From Podospora anserina (taxonomy: Eukaryota): a stretch of 64,000 bases of DNA. The translations under genes and the position numbers were made by a program. Below, in pieces: positions 14,551-25,876 of the stretch (position 1 is the first letter of the stretch; the number at the start of each line of letters is the position of its first letter). The DNA is taken from positions 372,001 through 436,000 of the forward strand of contig CM030332.1 in NCBI GenBank assembly GCA_017654855.1, given 5' to 3'. The notes below the pieces were generated by a model that was not told where the DNA came from, did not search any database, and was given only the letters and a program-made list of their open reading frames with translations.

Positions 14551-15060
14551 TGTTAATGTGTAGGTACTACTAAGTGCCCTATTTACTGCCCTACAGATTA
14601 ATATTACAGTGGGCAGTACTGCTATAAGCAGTAATGGAACTTCCCGGCTTTAATCCCTTTAGAATATTCTTTATAAGGGACCCTTAAAGGCTTACAGGGC
14701 TACTATAGCCTAAGGCTTAGTCAATAGATACTAAAACCTTCCAAAGTAGCTACAAGCTTACGTAGTAAGTTGCCACAATAGTGTGATTTACAGGGCACCT
14801 CTGCTGCCGAAGGTTCTATGGATTTCCGTAAGTCTACACTAGACCCACCTAAGCCCACTAAATACCCCAAAGTGGTATAGGGGCTTTCAGGGCCTACAGG
14901 ACCCACAGTAGGCCTACGAAGGCCCTATATATAGACCTCTCCTCTCTCCTGTAGAATAGTTCTCTTTCTTTCCTTAAGGGCAAAAGCTTAAGGCTAAGGC
15001 TAAAGGCCAAGGCCAAGGGTAATAAAGGCAATTCTTATTCCTTATACCTCACTTGTCACA
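14551..15060 (+). repeat. Probable 3' LTR of the Copia element
   Basis: Starts TGTT directly after the PPT, has a TATA-like TATATATA ~14926 and AAGGCY repeats, and ends ..TCACA. The partner LTR is not in the window. Confidence 0.6.
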
Positions 15061-15682
15061 GTTAACCCAACGGCAGGTCGCGCCACATGTGGGGCGCAGG
15101 TCGCCCCTAGCTAATCATTCAGGAAGTTAGGGAACAAGCCGATCAGGGCTAGGCAAAAGTGCTATGGCGCCAAGGCTCACGAGCAGTCTGCAGGATGCAA
15201 GATGCTAGGGATGATCAGAAGCATAGCACGACGAGCACAATGCAGATGCAATGTGCTAGGAGTGATCAGAGGTATAGCACGACGAGCACAATGCAGGATG
15301 CAATGTGCTAGGAGTGATCGGGGCCATAGCAGGGCGAGCACCTCACGGCCCCAAGGTCTATATATACGGAGGAACTGGCTGGTGTAGATAGACAGTTCCG
15401 CAGTATGCAATTCAAGCTTGTATTCACGGTAGCTAATGTTTACATTGAGACATCTTGTTGTGCACTGTTTAGCTGCACCGAACCAATTGTCAGAAGTTAC
15501 CTTCAACCCGTATCCCTTTCAGAGGTTCTGTACAGGGGTTCGTCACATCACTGTATTACAGTGCTTTACCTTCCTTCGGCACTGCCGTCGTATCCTCCCG
15601 CTTCCGCTTGCGCACTGCTGTATTTTACAGCAACCCTGTATAGGTTCTATATTATAGGCCTATCAGGGCTTACCAGCTAACA
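15061..15682 (+). repeat. Solo-LTR-like repeat fragment containing a ~51-bp tandem repeat (about 3 copies, ~15178-15341)
   Basis: Unit GATCAGARGYATAGCACGACGAGCACAATGCAG(G)ATGCAATGTGCTAGGAGT repeated, TATATATA ~15359, ends CTAACA. No TSD found. Confidence 0.45.
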
Positions 15683-16223
15683 GTTTTGAACGGGGTTGAG
15701 GCAGGCGACCTGGAAGCACGTGCCACGCTTGCGGCTGGACGCCTGGTCGAGTTGCCCGGACCAATCAATCGTTTTGACCTGGAGTCTCTATGTACCTTTC
15801 ATGTTAAATTTCCCTAAGCTGAGCCATCGAGGTGAGGTGGAAAAGGAAGGCTGGAAATGTACCAAAAAATGTTTGATCAAATTGATCGTTCACCCGTCTT
15901 CCCAGTCATTCCTTCAACGTCTTAGCAACCAGAATTTGGATATCAGGTAAAGTGTCGTATTTCTTGCCTGTTGACTAACCAATGATCAAGGCCCTCGGGT
16001 ACTTTGGAGGAACTCGATTCGCTGTTTGCTAAAAAGATGAAGCGTGCCGCATATGCAGCTATCCACGAGTCAGAAGGAGCATGACGGGCCTCAGTGCTGC
16101 TACCTAAAGGGTATGCTTTATACACGACATACCCCGCACTCTCTTCATTCTTTTCCCTGCCAGTGCTAACCCGTGAGCCCATCTCCGTTGCCCAAGAGTC
16201 TCGAGATATCCTTGAGTGTGAAC

Positions 16224-18772
16224 ATGCCTCGACAAACAACCCAGCTCCCCTTGCGCCCAGCTGGCCCGCAGGCAGCGAAGAAGCCCTGTGTATTCTTTAC
16301 CCAAGGACGCTGTCGGAATGGGAGCACCTGCTCATTTTTCCATGATCCAGTGCTTGCCAAGCTAGCTTGGGCCGGATCAACTTCCACTGCCGACCGAGAT
16401 GACAAAGCTCCAACATCCAAGATCACTTGCCACTTCTACCTGAAAGGAGCCTGTTTGAAGGGAGACACTTGCTCCTTTGCTCACCCTGAATCTCACAGAC
16501 CACCACCTGTGGTGGATACCAAAGAGTCTTTAACTGATGACACAGTTGGTCCAGAGAAGGTAACAATGATGTACTTTATATGCCGGGAAAATCAGCTAAT
16601 AATCGGAAGGATGAACCTGAAGACAGACCCGATGACTGGATGCGCCAGCTTGGTGGAGCTGTCATACAGTTCGGACACGGCGCCGCCGTCTTGAAGGCAT
16701 CTCTCCAGTCAGACTTCTCCGCGGTCCGCATCAGTCAGCTGCCGGAAACGAGTACCCTGGGTCAAATCTTCCAAGCTCTCCGCCAGCTCGGATTCGCCGT
16801 CTCCCCTGATGAAATACGCTTCGTACCGAGCCCTGATCCAACCCATCGTATCGCTGATGTCCGCGTGGAGGATCCCGCCTTTGCGAGACGGCTCATGAGC
16901 GCTGTAGAAGACTGCAGAAGATCCCTTGGAAACGACATCAAAGTGATCCAAATCAACGCGCCTATGCCGGGGGGATCTGGGATGCACAGAGTCGAGTGTA
17001 AAAAGGTGCTCTGCTCCTGGTACCGCCCCTTCAAGACGGTCTGGCTGAATTTCACATCGCACGGTTTGGCCGAGACAATCTGCCAAAAGTACACGAGTGG
17101 GAGGTACAAGGTTCTCAACATGACTGTAACGAGCCACGCACCCAAGAAAAGCAAAGCATGGACGACAGTTATGCTCACCGAAGTCCCTGCTGAAGCCACC
17201 GAAGACGATGTTACGAAGTCCATCCCGGCAAACATGTCGCCTAGAAACGTGGAGACTGGAACCCCGAGCTTTAGATACAATGCTGATGTGGCGAATGCTT
17301 TTGTCAAGTCGAAGTTGATCGAGGTTGGACCACTTGAATGGTGGGAGGACGCCGTGTTTGGTGGAAAGCGTGCGAAGGTGAAGGCTCGCTTCCAGGACGA
17401 CGGCGATGCTGCCAAAGCGGCCTCGATGCTGAACGGATGGGAGCTTCCATTCCAAAAGAAGGGCAAGCTCACCGTCCAGGCTATCTATTCAGCACGATTC
17501 AAGGTCCAAGAACGCATATATCAAGCCATCAAACCCATCATCAAGGAGCAGAGCCCCATGTGGCAAGCAAAAAAGGTGTATCTGGCTGCCTATGAGCCTG
17601 CCAAGTTCTCTTCTTCACGCGCCTTGAAGTTTGAAGGTGAAGATAACAAGGCAGTTGCGGAAGCAAAGCGTACCTTGGAGCAGATATTGGAAGGACGTCT
17701 TGCCACCGACAAAGGCAAACCGATCTGGTCCCCTGCTTTCACCGTCAACGGCGAGGTCTTTCAGAAAATAAAGGAGCTTGAGCAGCTTCTCGGCATCGTA
17801 GTCATTCGCAACAAGAAACTATCGCGGGTGTATCTCTTCGGGTCGGAAGACAAATGCAAAGAAGCCGAACCAGAACTTGCAGAAATCGCCCAGCAGGACT
17901 CGTCAACCGCCAACATTATCAAGCTGGACGCAAGCCAGTTTGCCTGGGCCTTACGAGGTGGCTTCAAGTCCATCGCCGAGATTCTCGGCCGCAAGGCCAC
18001 CTTGAATGTTGTCTCAGAGCCCAAGCAGATCGTAGTGACGGGATCAGCAGAAGACATCATGCTCGCCATGGACATGGTCAAAGCCCAGGATGAATTCACC
18101 GAGAGTAGCACCGCCAAACCCTCCATGACTGAAGACTGCTCGATCTGCTGGATGGAACCCGAAAATCCGCTCACCACCCCCTGCAACCACACCTACTGCA
18201 CCGACTGCTTCGAATCCCTCTGCACCTCTGCAACCTCTTGCAACAAAACCAACTTCATCCTTCAATGCGAAGGAAGCTCTTCCAAATGCCAGCAACCCCT
18301 TTCCCTCAACTTTCTCCAAGACCATCTATCATCCCAGCTATTCGAAGACATGCTCCAAGCGTCCTTCAAGTCTTACGTCTCGCACCGGCCCGACGCCCTC
18401 CGCCACTGCCCAACCCCAGACTGCGGACAAATCTACCGCGCCGGCACTGGCACCTTTACCTGTCCCAACTGCCTCACCCCAGTATGTACCACCTGTTTTG
18501 TGTCACACCAGGGCATGACTTGTGCCGATCACAAGTTTGTTTCGTCTGGCGGGGACATAGCCCTGAAGGAAGCCAAGCAGCGCTTGGGGATCAAGGATTG
18601 TCCCAAGTGCAAGACTGCCATGGAAAAGACGGACGGGTGCGACCACATGACTTGTGGCGGCTGCGGTACTCATATTTGCTGGAACTGTTTGAAGACGTTT
18701 GGGACGGGGGCTGACTGCTACGCGCATATGAATCGGGCGCATGGTGGCATCGGGATTGATGTCAGGTTTTGA
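16224..18772 (+). CDS. CCCH zinc finger + RBR (RING1-IBR-RING2) E3 ubiquitin ligase
   Basis: Exon 16224-16559 has two C-x7-C-x5-C-x3-H fingers. Intron 16560-16609 joins in frame. C-terminus has CSIC..CNHTYCTDC (RING1), CPTPDC..CPNC (IBR) and CPKC..GCDHMTC..CWNC (RING2 with catalytic Cys). Confidence 0.9.
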
Positions 18773-19033
18773 GTTGTATCCACGTTCAAGATACGACATA
18801 TGGATGCTGGCCGTATCAACATGCTTCTCATTATTACCAGCCATTCTCCTTTGTATCAGTCGACCTCTTAATTGCCACTGGTTGTTGTTGCTTTGAGGCA
18901 TCGGTCTTGAATTAACCCCAATAGGGAGTACAAAGCTCGATCATTTGATAGTTAATATATTCAGAAGGTACAGAACGCCAAACTCTCTATGGTCCCAAAA
19001 GAATATCCGGTTTGTAGACTGTCGCAAGAGCTC

Positions 19034-20692
19034 TTAACGCTTTTTCCTCACCGCCCTCTTATCCCTCGGCAGCAATTTGGGCTCATATTCCCTCAAGAGT
19101 TCAAGGCGAGCCATCGCTGCGGCACTCCTCTTTCTCAGGTTCTCGTATAGGATGCCTTCAACAGATGGCTGCAGCACTCTGAAATCACTCAGAGACTGCA
19201 CCCGGCCGTGTCTTGTCTCAAAGTTGGCTAGGAACGGATTCCGCAGTGGGGCCATATCTTGATACCTCCTGCACTTTTCTCTCAGACTTTCGAGCTTGAC
19301 ATTTGTCTCCAGCTTCTTTCTCCACACGACAGTTTTGGTGTGGGCAACATCTCCCTCGTCGGGGCAGTACCGTCCGAGTACCTCCAACAGCATGAGACCA
19401 AAGGCGTAGACGTCAGTGGCCCTTGTCATGATGCCATCCCGTGTTGCCTCGGGCCCGAGGCAAACGAGGGTGCCTCCGACATCTCTGATGTTCGTCACAG
19501 ATGTAGCAAGACCAAAGTCGGAGATGACAAAGGTAGGCGGAGATCCAATTGCCGTAGATTTCTTGTAGAGAATGTTGTCTGGCTTGAGGTCGCGGTGCAT
19601 GATTCCCTTGTCGTGCACGAAAGCCAAACCAAACAGAACTTGATCGATGAAGCGCCCCAGCCATGAGGGTTGCTGGGACGGAACTTGCCTCCACACTGGT
19701 GTGTTGGAAGAAGCTTCGTCAAGGTGCCATCATAAAGGGGGAGAAAGATCCGGACTGCCATGCCCTCGATCCATCCCTGGTGATGCTCTAATTGGACATT
19801 GTTGGGCTGCAGACACTCCATATTAGCGTACCTGGTGGGTTGCATTGCCGAGAGGAGTCACAAGCGTGCAAGCCTACGTGGCGGAGTCTGGCAAGCTGTT
19901 CAACTTCCACTTGAAGTTCTTCTTCTTCGTAGTCTTCTTGCATTCCTTCACAGCATACAGGATGCCCGAAGCAAGATCCACGGCCATGGAGACTTTACCA
20001 AAACCATCCTCGCCAAGAACCTTGTACGTGTGAATCTGGCGCAGTGGCTTCTTGTCCAGGTCGACGGGGACAACCGGCGCATTGGGGCTCGATCTTGATC
20101 ATCGTAGGATTTAGAGTTCGCTGGGTCTCGAAATGGGTCCCTCCGCCCTTCCTATGTGCCTCTGAAACCGTAGCAAGGGACCTTCTGGCTGCATCAATGT
20201 TCTTCAGGACATTGTCACCCCATACAAACTTGAAGGATATCAGCGATGTAAGCCATATGATGATCGGTAGGCTCCCGCCCATTGGTATAACATTCGACGA
20301 CGAGGATCGCCTTGTAAACGGTATTTGTCGATTGTGTTTCCGCGTGAATCCGTACACCTGATGCTGGTGTGACAACCTGTAGTTGCATCTTGTAGCATCA
20401 GCTCTCCCGATGGGTAAAGCTGAAAAGAGCATTGCTGGTCGGGCAGCTCATGAAGGTAGAGCACAATGTCACTCAGCTGCTTTAGTCTGCCGATGGACAA
20501 GATACGTCCAGCAAAGTTGGACTTGTTTCCAGCCTTGACCTGCAGGCTGACGATGCCCTTGTATTGACCTTGGTAGGATGGGTTTTCTTCGACAATCTTT
20601 CGGGACTCGGCGTCTTGTGGTACGAGATAGAACAGGGCCTCGTTGGCATGTCTAACCGAGGTTTGGCCTTGTCGTGAAGCTAAAGTTTGCAT
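19034..20692 (-). pseudogene. FHA-like domain + Ser/Thr protein kinase, frameshifted
   Basis: N-terminal ILSIGR..SDIVL (FHA-like). Kinase motifs LGEDGFGKV, YAVKE, HRDLKPDN, DFGLA, GPE and DVYAFG are spread over several frames. Confidence 0.75.
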
Positions 20693-20953
20693 GGGAGGCC
20701 CCAAGGGTAGAGATGGTATGAAGTAGTGTAGTGATTGTTTTGATATGAGTGGAATCGACCTGCGGTTCCTAGCGATCTGTCGGGGAGAATTGTATCATGA
20801 CCTGCTCACTGTCGCGGATCACCGGCCTTTCATCGATGCAGATACACAGGTAGGTAGCTTGCCGACAGCTATCAGCTCTGATATGCTTTCGAATCCACAT
20901 CTGGCCAACATGTGGCAAGCCGGTGAATACAGTGCCTCAGAAGAAATGGCGTG

Positions 20954-21015
20954 TAGCCTTGTCCGAGATGAGTAGCCTTGTCCGAGATGAGTAGCCTTGT
21001 CCGAGATGAGTAGCC
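20954..21015. repeat. 19-bp perfect tandem repeat, three copies plus a partial
   Basis: TAGCCTTGTCCGAGATGAG x3 followed by TAGCC. Confidence 0.95.
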
Positions 21016-21420
21016 CGGGCTCCAGGTAGTTCATCAAGCCAATCAAACTTCATATTTCTCGATATGAGTTCATGAAATTTGGTACCAGATCGTCACGTTC
21101 AAGGTCTGCGGTGTGAACAATCCTGGCCAAGCCATCATAGCAACCTGCAGCTGCTGGTCGGAGTGTTTCCAGAGCCAACTTCATATGTTCCAAGTCCTAT
21201 TTTGCATTCAAGGATGGTCGGCCAAATTGTGAGGGTTGGACCACATGTGGGCGCGTAATTGCATTGCGCACAGTGTACACTCTTCTTCCTACACCATCTC
21301 CATGCATGTTGACAGCCTAGCGGGGTTTGCAGCATCAACCCAACAAGTTCTTTTCCTTTCATTCTACTTTGAATAACTCTTTGAATTGACTCTTGACCTC
21401 ATTCACTGACGCTACCCGTA

Positions 21421-22826
21421 ATGGATCTTGCCAAACCTTTAACTATGCCTCTCAACACGGCACCAGTCATCCGGCTGACTGAAGAGGTGCTGCGACAGCA
21501 CATGATTGAGGAGATGCGGCGAAACGGTATTCCGTCCGAAGATTTTTCTGAAAGACCATGCTCAATCAGAGATTCAGTTTTTGCCAGGGAAGAGGCTAGA
21601 CGTAGGCCAATGGCGAGGTGATTGCATCATGGCCTGGGACAACCTCGTCTCGAAGAAGGGCTCGTGAGATACCTGACAGCGAGTCTGTATTGAAGCGACA
21701 AGAAGAACGACAGAAGAGGTTCAACGAAATTTTCCAAGAACTACCAGATGTTCTTGACAAGGCGCCAACACTAGCAACGACAGTGTACACCGGTAACTGG
21801 AAACGTGAACGGGAATACGAAGATCTGCAGCAGGAACTTAAAGAGGTCACGAAACGGAATCTCGACATTCACCCCTACAAGAACAAGCCACTTTCAAATT
21901 CACAGGACTTCCTCAGCGAGGCTGGCACTGCCCTATCGCAGCTGGCATGGGACGACACCGAGCACCCATCCAAGTCCGAGCCCAATCACGCTGAATTCCT
22001 GTCTCATCTACCCCCTCACACAGCAGTCAACGGCTTCGGGGAGCTCGGGGTATACATGTCCCAGGCAAAGTATGTCATATCACTCGGTGGCTCCCCTCTG
22101 CCAGATCTGAAATATGGCATCATTATCGTGCCGGCCGGTGATGAATCGCTCCTGTTCACGGGCTATGGAGGCCACGCAGATATGCCCTCCGAATTCAGGG
22201 CGGAAATACACGCCAAAAGCAAAGTGGTGCGGAAGCAGGTGTTTGACGAAAAAATGAAGATGTGCGGGAGCTATGTCCCTCGTGTGGGCCGGGGCATTGG
22301 GGATTTTAGGCTGCCCCCTATGGATGAGCCGGAGAAGTTGTTTTACGCCGAAAGAGTTCGACAAAGGAGGGCTAGACATCGAGAACTTCATGGCACGAGA
22401 CGCTCAACTGACATTGGATCGCAGCCATCGGGTGACGCTTGTGCTGAGCACTTTCTGGATGAGTATTCTGCGCCATCACCTCGCTCCTATAGATCACGCA
22501 TGTACACTCATGCGGACAAAACCCCATCACCTCCGAGCGCAGAAATTGCTGATGGCTTGCGACGGTTGTTTACGCTGCAACTACAACAAGAGGAATCAGG
22601 AGATACACAGGGGCAGGAGCTGTACCATCCCGATAAGCTGTCAGAACTTGCGCAGTTTCTTTGGCAACTGGCCGACGGCAACGTACGGGAAAATCCTGGA
22701 CTAGACGACGAAATATGGACCAAGTTGAGGGAACTGCTGCCCTCCAATTCTTCGGAAGCAGAGGAGGACATGCCTGCAGATGACGAAAAAATCAAGTCAT
22801 TTGATGGCCACAGACTTGACAGCTGA
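21421..22826 (+). CDS. Hypothetical protein (probable intron 21618-21679)
   Basis: ORFs 21421-21621 and 21618-22826 join in frame through a GT..CAG intron. No recognisable domain. Confidence 0.6.
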
Positions 22827-23127
22827 TTGCCTAAGCACAGATATCATATAATTTCCCTGATCATCATCATCATCATCACCTATGTCGTGCAATGTCCTAC
22901 TGTTGGTAACCTCCTTGGCAGAGTGGGTACGATTGACCTCACGAAATCAGGGGGCAGATAGTCTTTCTAGGCGATGATCATTTTCAAAAAGAAGCATGAA
23001 ATTGGTAGGTTAAACATCAGACACTATCCAAGTGATAAAACAACAACGAATAAAAGCAAGCGCCAAAAGCTTAAGGTACAAGGAAGCATTCACAACGAAG
23101 CCCAACACCTTTACCCACAAGCACCTC

Positions 23128-24123
23128 TCACGCATCACTCAACACCACCTCCCCCTTCTCCCCAACCCCCCAACTAGTCTCATACATGCACCTCCCCGCC
23201 TCGCAATCCGCATGAAACACCATCCCCCCCTCCCCCCCCTGAACCGCACTCGCCCCCCCCGGAGCCACAAACCCATAATCCTGCGTCGCCCGCCCAATCA
23301 ACTCCCCCATCCTCACCCACGGCCCCTTGATATTCTCCGCCACCGCATACCTAACATCATAATCCACCGTATTGTAACAATGCGAGCTATAAAACAAAAC
23401 GTACCTCCCCCGCTTCGTCTTGACCAAATTCGGCGCCTCGATCAACGGCCCATCAATCTCGGGTATCCTATCCAACACCGTCGTCGCCGGACCAACAGGC
23501 GTGAACCCATCGCTAATGTCCACCTCTTGGAGTACAAACGGCGTGGGAAACCCAGGCTTGTCCCCGTTGCCGCACGGCCCCCCCTTTCCTTTGGCGCTGC
23601 CGTCGACCTTGTAGATTACATACCGCCTGTTGGTTTCGGCGTCGAAAAACCCAGACGAGTCAATCGCTCCGCCGTCGTGGTCCGGGCAGGCAAAGGGGTG
23701 AGGGTGGGGGGTGTAAGGACCCAAGATGGAGGTTTTGGAGACCGCCACGCCGATGCAGTGGTATGGCGAGCCCGAGAGGCGGCCCGAGTAGTACATCACG
23801 TAGGTTTTGGTTTGGGGGATGAAGTGGACGTCCGGTGCCCAGATTAGCGGGAGCGTGTCGTTCACCCAGTGGCCCGGGGTGGGCAAGAGGTCAATCTTGT
23901 TGAGGAGTGTCCATCTGGCGTCGGCGGAGGTGAAGGACGGAAAGGAAGGGGACCAGGCCACTTGGACATTGTTCGTGTTCCCGGAGGTGGCAAAGGCGTA
24001 CCACTTGGAGGTTGCTGGGTCAAACGTGACGGAAGGGTCAGGGAAGTCGAGATTCCCCAATGTAGTGCGGGGTGAGGAGAGCACCCCCAAAGGCAAGAAT
24101 GCTAGAAATAGTAGCGAATACAT
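23128..24123 (-). CDS. Secreted glycoside hydrolase family 43 (arabinanase/xylosidase-like)
   Basis: Signal peptide, FPDPS, WAPDV, GAIDS and IEAP motifs of the GH43 beta-propeller. Confidence 0.9.
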   Translation of the reverse strand: MYSLLFLAFLPLGVLSSPRTTLGNLDFPDPSVTFDPATSKWYAFATSGNTNNVQVAWSPSFPSFTSADARWTLLNKIDLLPTPGHWVNDTLPLIWAPDVHFIPQTKTYVMYYSGRLSGSPYHCIGVAVSKTSILGPYTPHPHPFACPDHDGGAIDSSGFFDAETNRRYVIYKVDGSAKGKGGPCGNGDKPGFPTPFVLQEVDISDGFTPVGPATTVLDRIPEIDGPLIEAPNLVKTKRGRYVLFYSSHCYNTVDYDVRYAVAENIKGPWVRMGELIGRATQDYGFVAPGGASAVQGGEGGMVFHADCEAGRCMYETSWGVGEKGEVVLSDA

Positions 24124-24721
24124 CGTGTTGACTGCAGTGTAAAGTCTTGTGGTGGTGGGCTAATGAATGCATGGTTCTTTGGGGCAAGACAGCCACGCCC
24201 AAGTTATATATTAATGACGACTTGACGATGTCATGAGAATGTCGGGTCGACGGCCGAAACAGGACAATGATGACCATGGCGTATTACCACCCCTACTATC
24301 TTGCACTACCCGCCAGGCCAAACTCATTACAACTCACACAGGACAAGTGATCAGCAGGATTGTGTCTGGGGCAAAACTCACTCGTGCTGAATCAGGGTCT
24401 AGCGGTAATGTCCCACCGAACCCGACCAGTCGGTAACGCGGGGAAGTCTTGTGATCTGAGGTTGTGTTGCCGGAGGTAGTAGTAGCATCGACAACGAGGA
24501 GGCGGTTTGTGGTGGGTGATAGTTCTTGGGCGCGCGAGGCTGTGGTCATAGGTAGTCCGTTATGGAACACCAAGACAGGGCTTCGAAAGTCGTACGGATT
24601 GTCTTGGTCCACAAGCTTCGAGAATGATACCGCACCATGATATTGATTCAGTCATAAATTGCTGTGAACCTATATCCGATCACATCCCAGATGTTGCGTA
24701 AATGCCTCACCACCACCACCA

Positions 24722-25513
24722 TCAGAATCCCCGATTCACCCCTTCCCAGTCTGGGTTATCCCTCTTCGCCCTCACCAGATCACCCGGCCAGCTTCCTCCC
24801 GGAGCCTTCTGAGGATTCTGGATGCCCTGTTCACAGACTGCATCTCCCAGTTCCTTCTCAATTTCGAGCCTTGGTAACTGCCAGCGTATCACATCAGCCC
24901 AGGTGTCGATTAATTCCGGCGGCGGTGGCGGGTAGCTTCCAAAATCTGCCCTGACGCCCAATCGAAGGGCTCGGACCGTCCCTCCCAGCCGCTCTGCGAT
25001 CCCGGGAGAGGTATGCAACGACATGGCGAGCCACGCGTCTCGGACCTCCTTCTCGGGGATGCCGTGTGCTCGGAGTAGGTTTTCAGCAACATCGGCCGAG
25101 ACAATCTCGAATCTCTCCGGCACGTCGTTGTAGGTCGAGGCAGTGCCAATGTCGTGGAGGATACAGGCTACAAACAAGACATGGGGTGCTGCTCGCGGTG
25201 GGCAACAAGGTGTGGGATTGTCATATTCGCTGGCCATGGTCGATCGGATCGAAGGGGCATAATGTGCGTCTGGTGGAAGGAGATCCTCAAAAAGACGCAT
25301 AAAGGCCGTAGCGTAGAAATACACTCTGAGACTGTGATACAGGATGGAAGCTGGCAGGATGGATTTGGCGACCGCGAGAGCTTCGGTGCAGACTGGATGT
25401 GCAGGAATGAGGGCTCGAACAGCCGCTGTGATGGTGCCGGTCCCAACTTCTGGTCCTATCCCTGGAGAGCTGGATGTGGAAGCGGTTGATTGATGTCTTG
25501 GAGGGTTGCACAT
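24722..25513 (-). CDS. HD-domain metal-dependent hydrolase (cyanamide hydratase-like)
   Basis: HSLRV..ILHDIG..RFEIVSAD..AMSLHTSPGI..G..AD pattern. Confidence 0.85.
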   Translation of the reverse strand: MCNPPRHQSTASTSSSPGIGPEVGTGTITAAVRALIPAHPVCTEALAVAKSILPASILYHSLRVYFYATAFMRLFEDLLPPDAHYAPSIRSTMASEYDNPTPCCPPRAAPHVLFVACILHDIGTASTYNDVPERFEIVSADVAENLLRAHGIPEKEVRDAWLAMSLHTSPGIAERLGGTVRALRLGVRADFGSYPPPPPELIDTWADVIRWQLPRLEIEKELGDAVCEQGIQNPQKAPGGSWPGDLVRAKRDNPDWEGVNRGF

Positions 25514-25876
25514 GCTGTTTGATCTTGGGTCAGTGTCTTGGATTGATGTCGGTACCGAAAGTGTCTCGGTGGTTGAAGATGGGAGGAACGTTGATAGTCA
25601 AAATGTGACAGTAAGGGGATGCTAGCTCCTGCTGTTTGTTTAGAATCGTTTCCTGGGAGAAGGCGCTATCGCTGGAATGGACAGGCCATTGTCAGTGGTG
25701 AAACTTTGTTGGTCCTTTTTCCATGATCAAAGCACTGGAATTGGCAGCTTTGACTCATCGAGATCTGGGTAGACCCTAACCCTCGCAAGCTCGAGTTCTC
25801 TAAACAAAAGCAGCTATTCTATGCGCCAACTATTTTCCACAGATTCCCATTACCTTTCTCTGGCGCCGAAATCTCT

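Larger units (their letters stand above)
873..15060 (+). mobile_element. RIP-degenerate Ty1/Copia LTR retrotransposon (RT-RNaseH and 3' LTR), interrupted by the Gypsy insertion at 1516-13402
   Basis: 873-1515 reads EPKTFKQAL..PITSRWVYKAK..KFKARLVIRGF..QIDFVRAFLN..LKRSL. It resumes at 13403 with YGLKQAP, then HVDDCLLIG (RT), GYTDSDFAGC, EAEY and ADGLIK (RNaseH). Many TAG/TAA stops. PPT AGAAGGGG then TGTT at 14551. Right end of LTR is approximate. Confidence 0.9.

Noticed and set aside
16709-17472. Long antisense ORFs over the RBR, GH43, SnoaL and 62-kb genes
   Set aside because: Shadows of codon bias on the opposite strand with no domain motifs.
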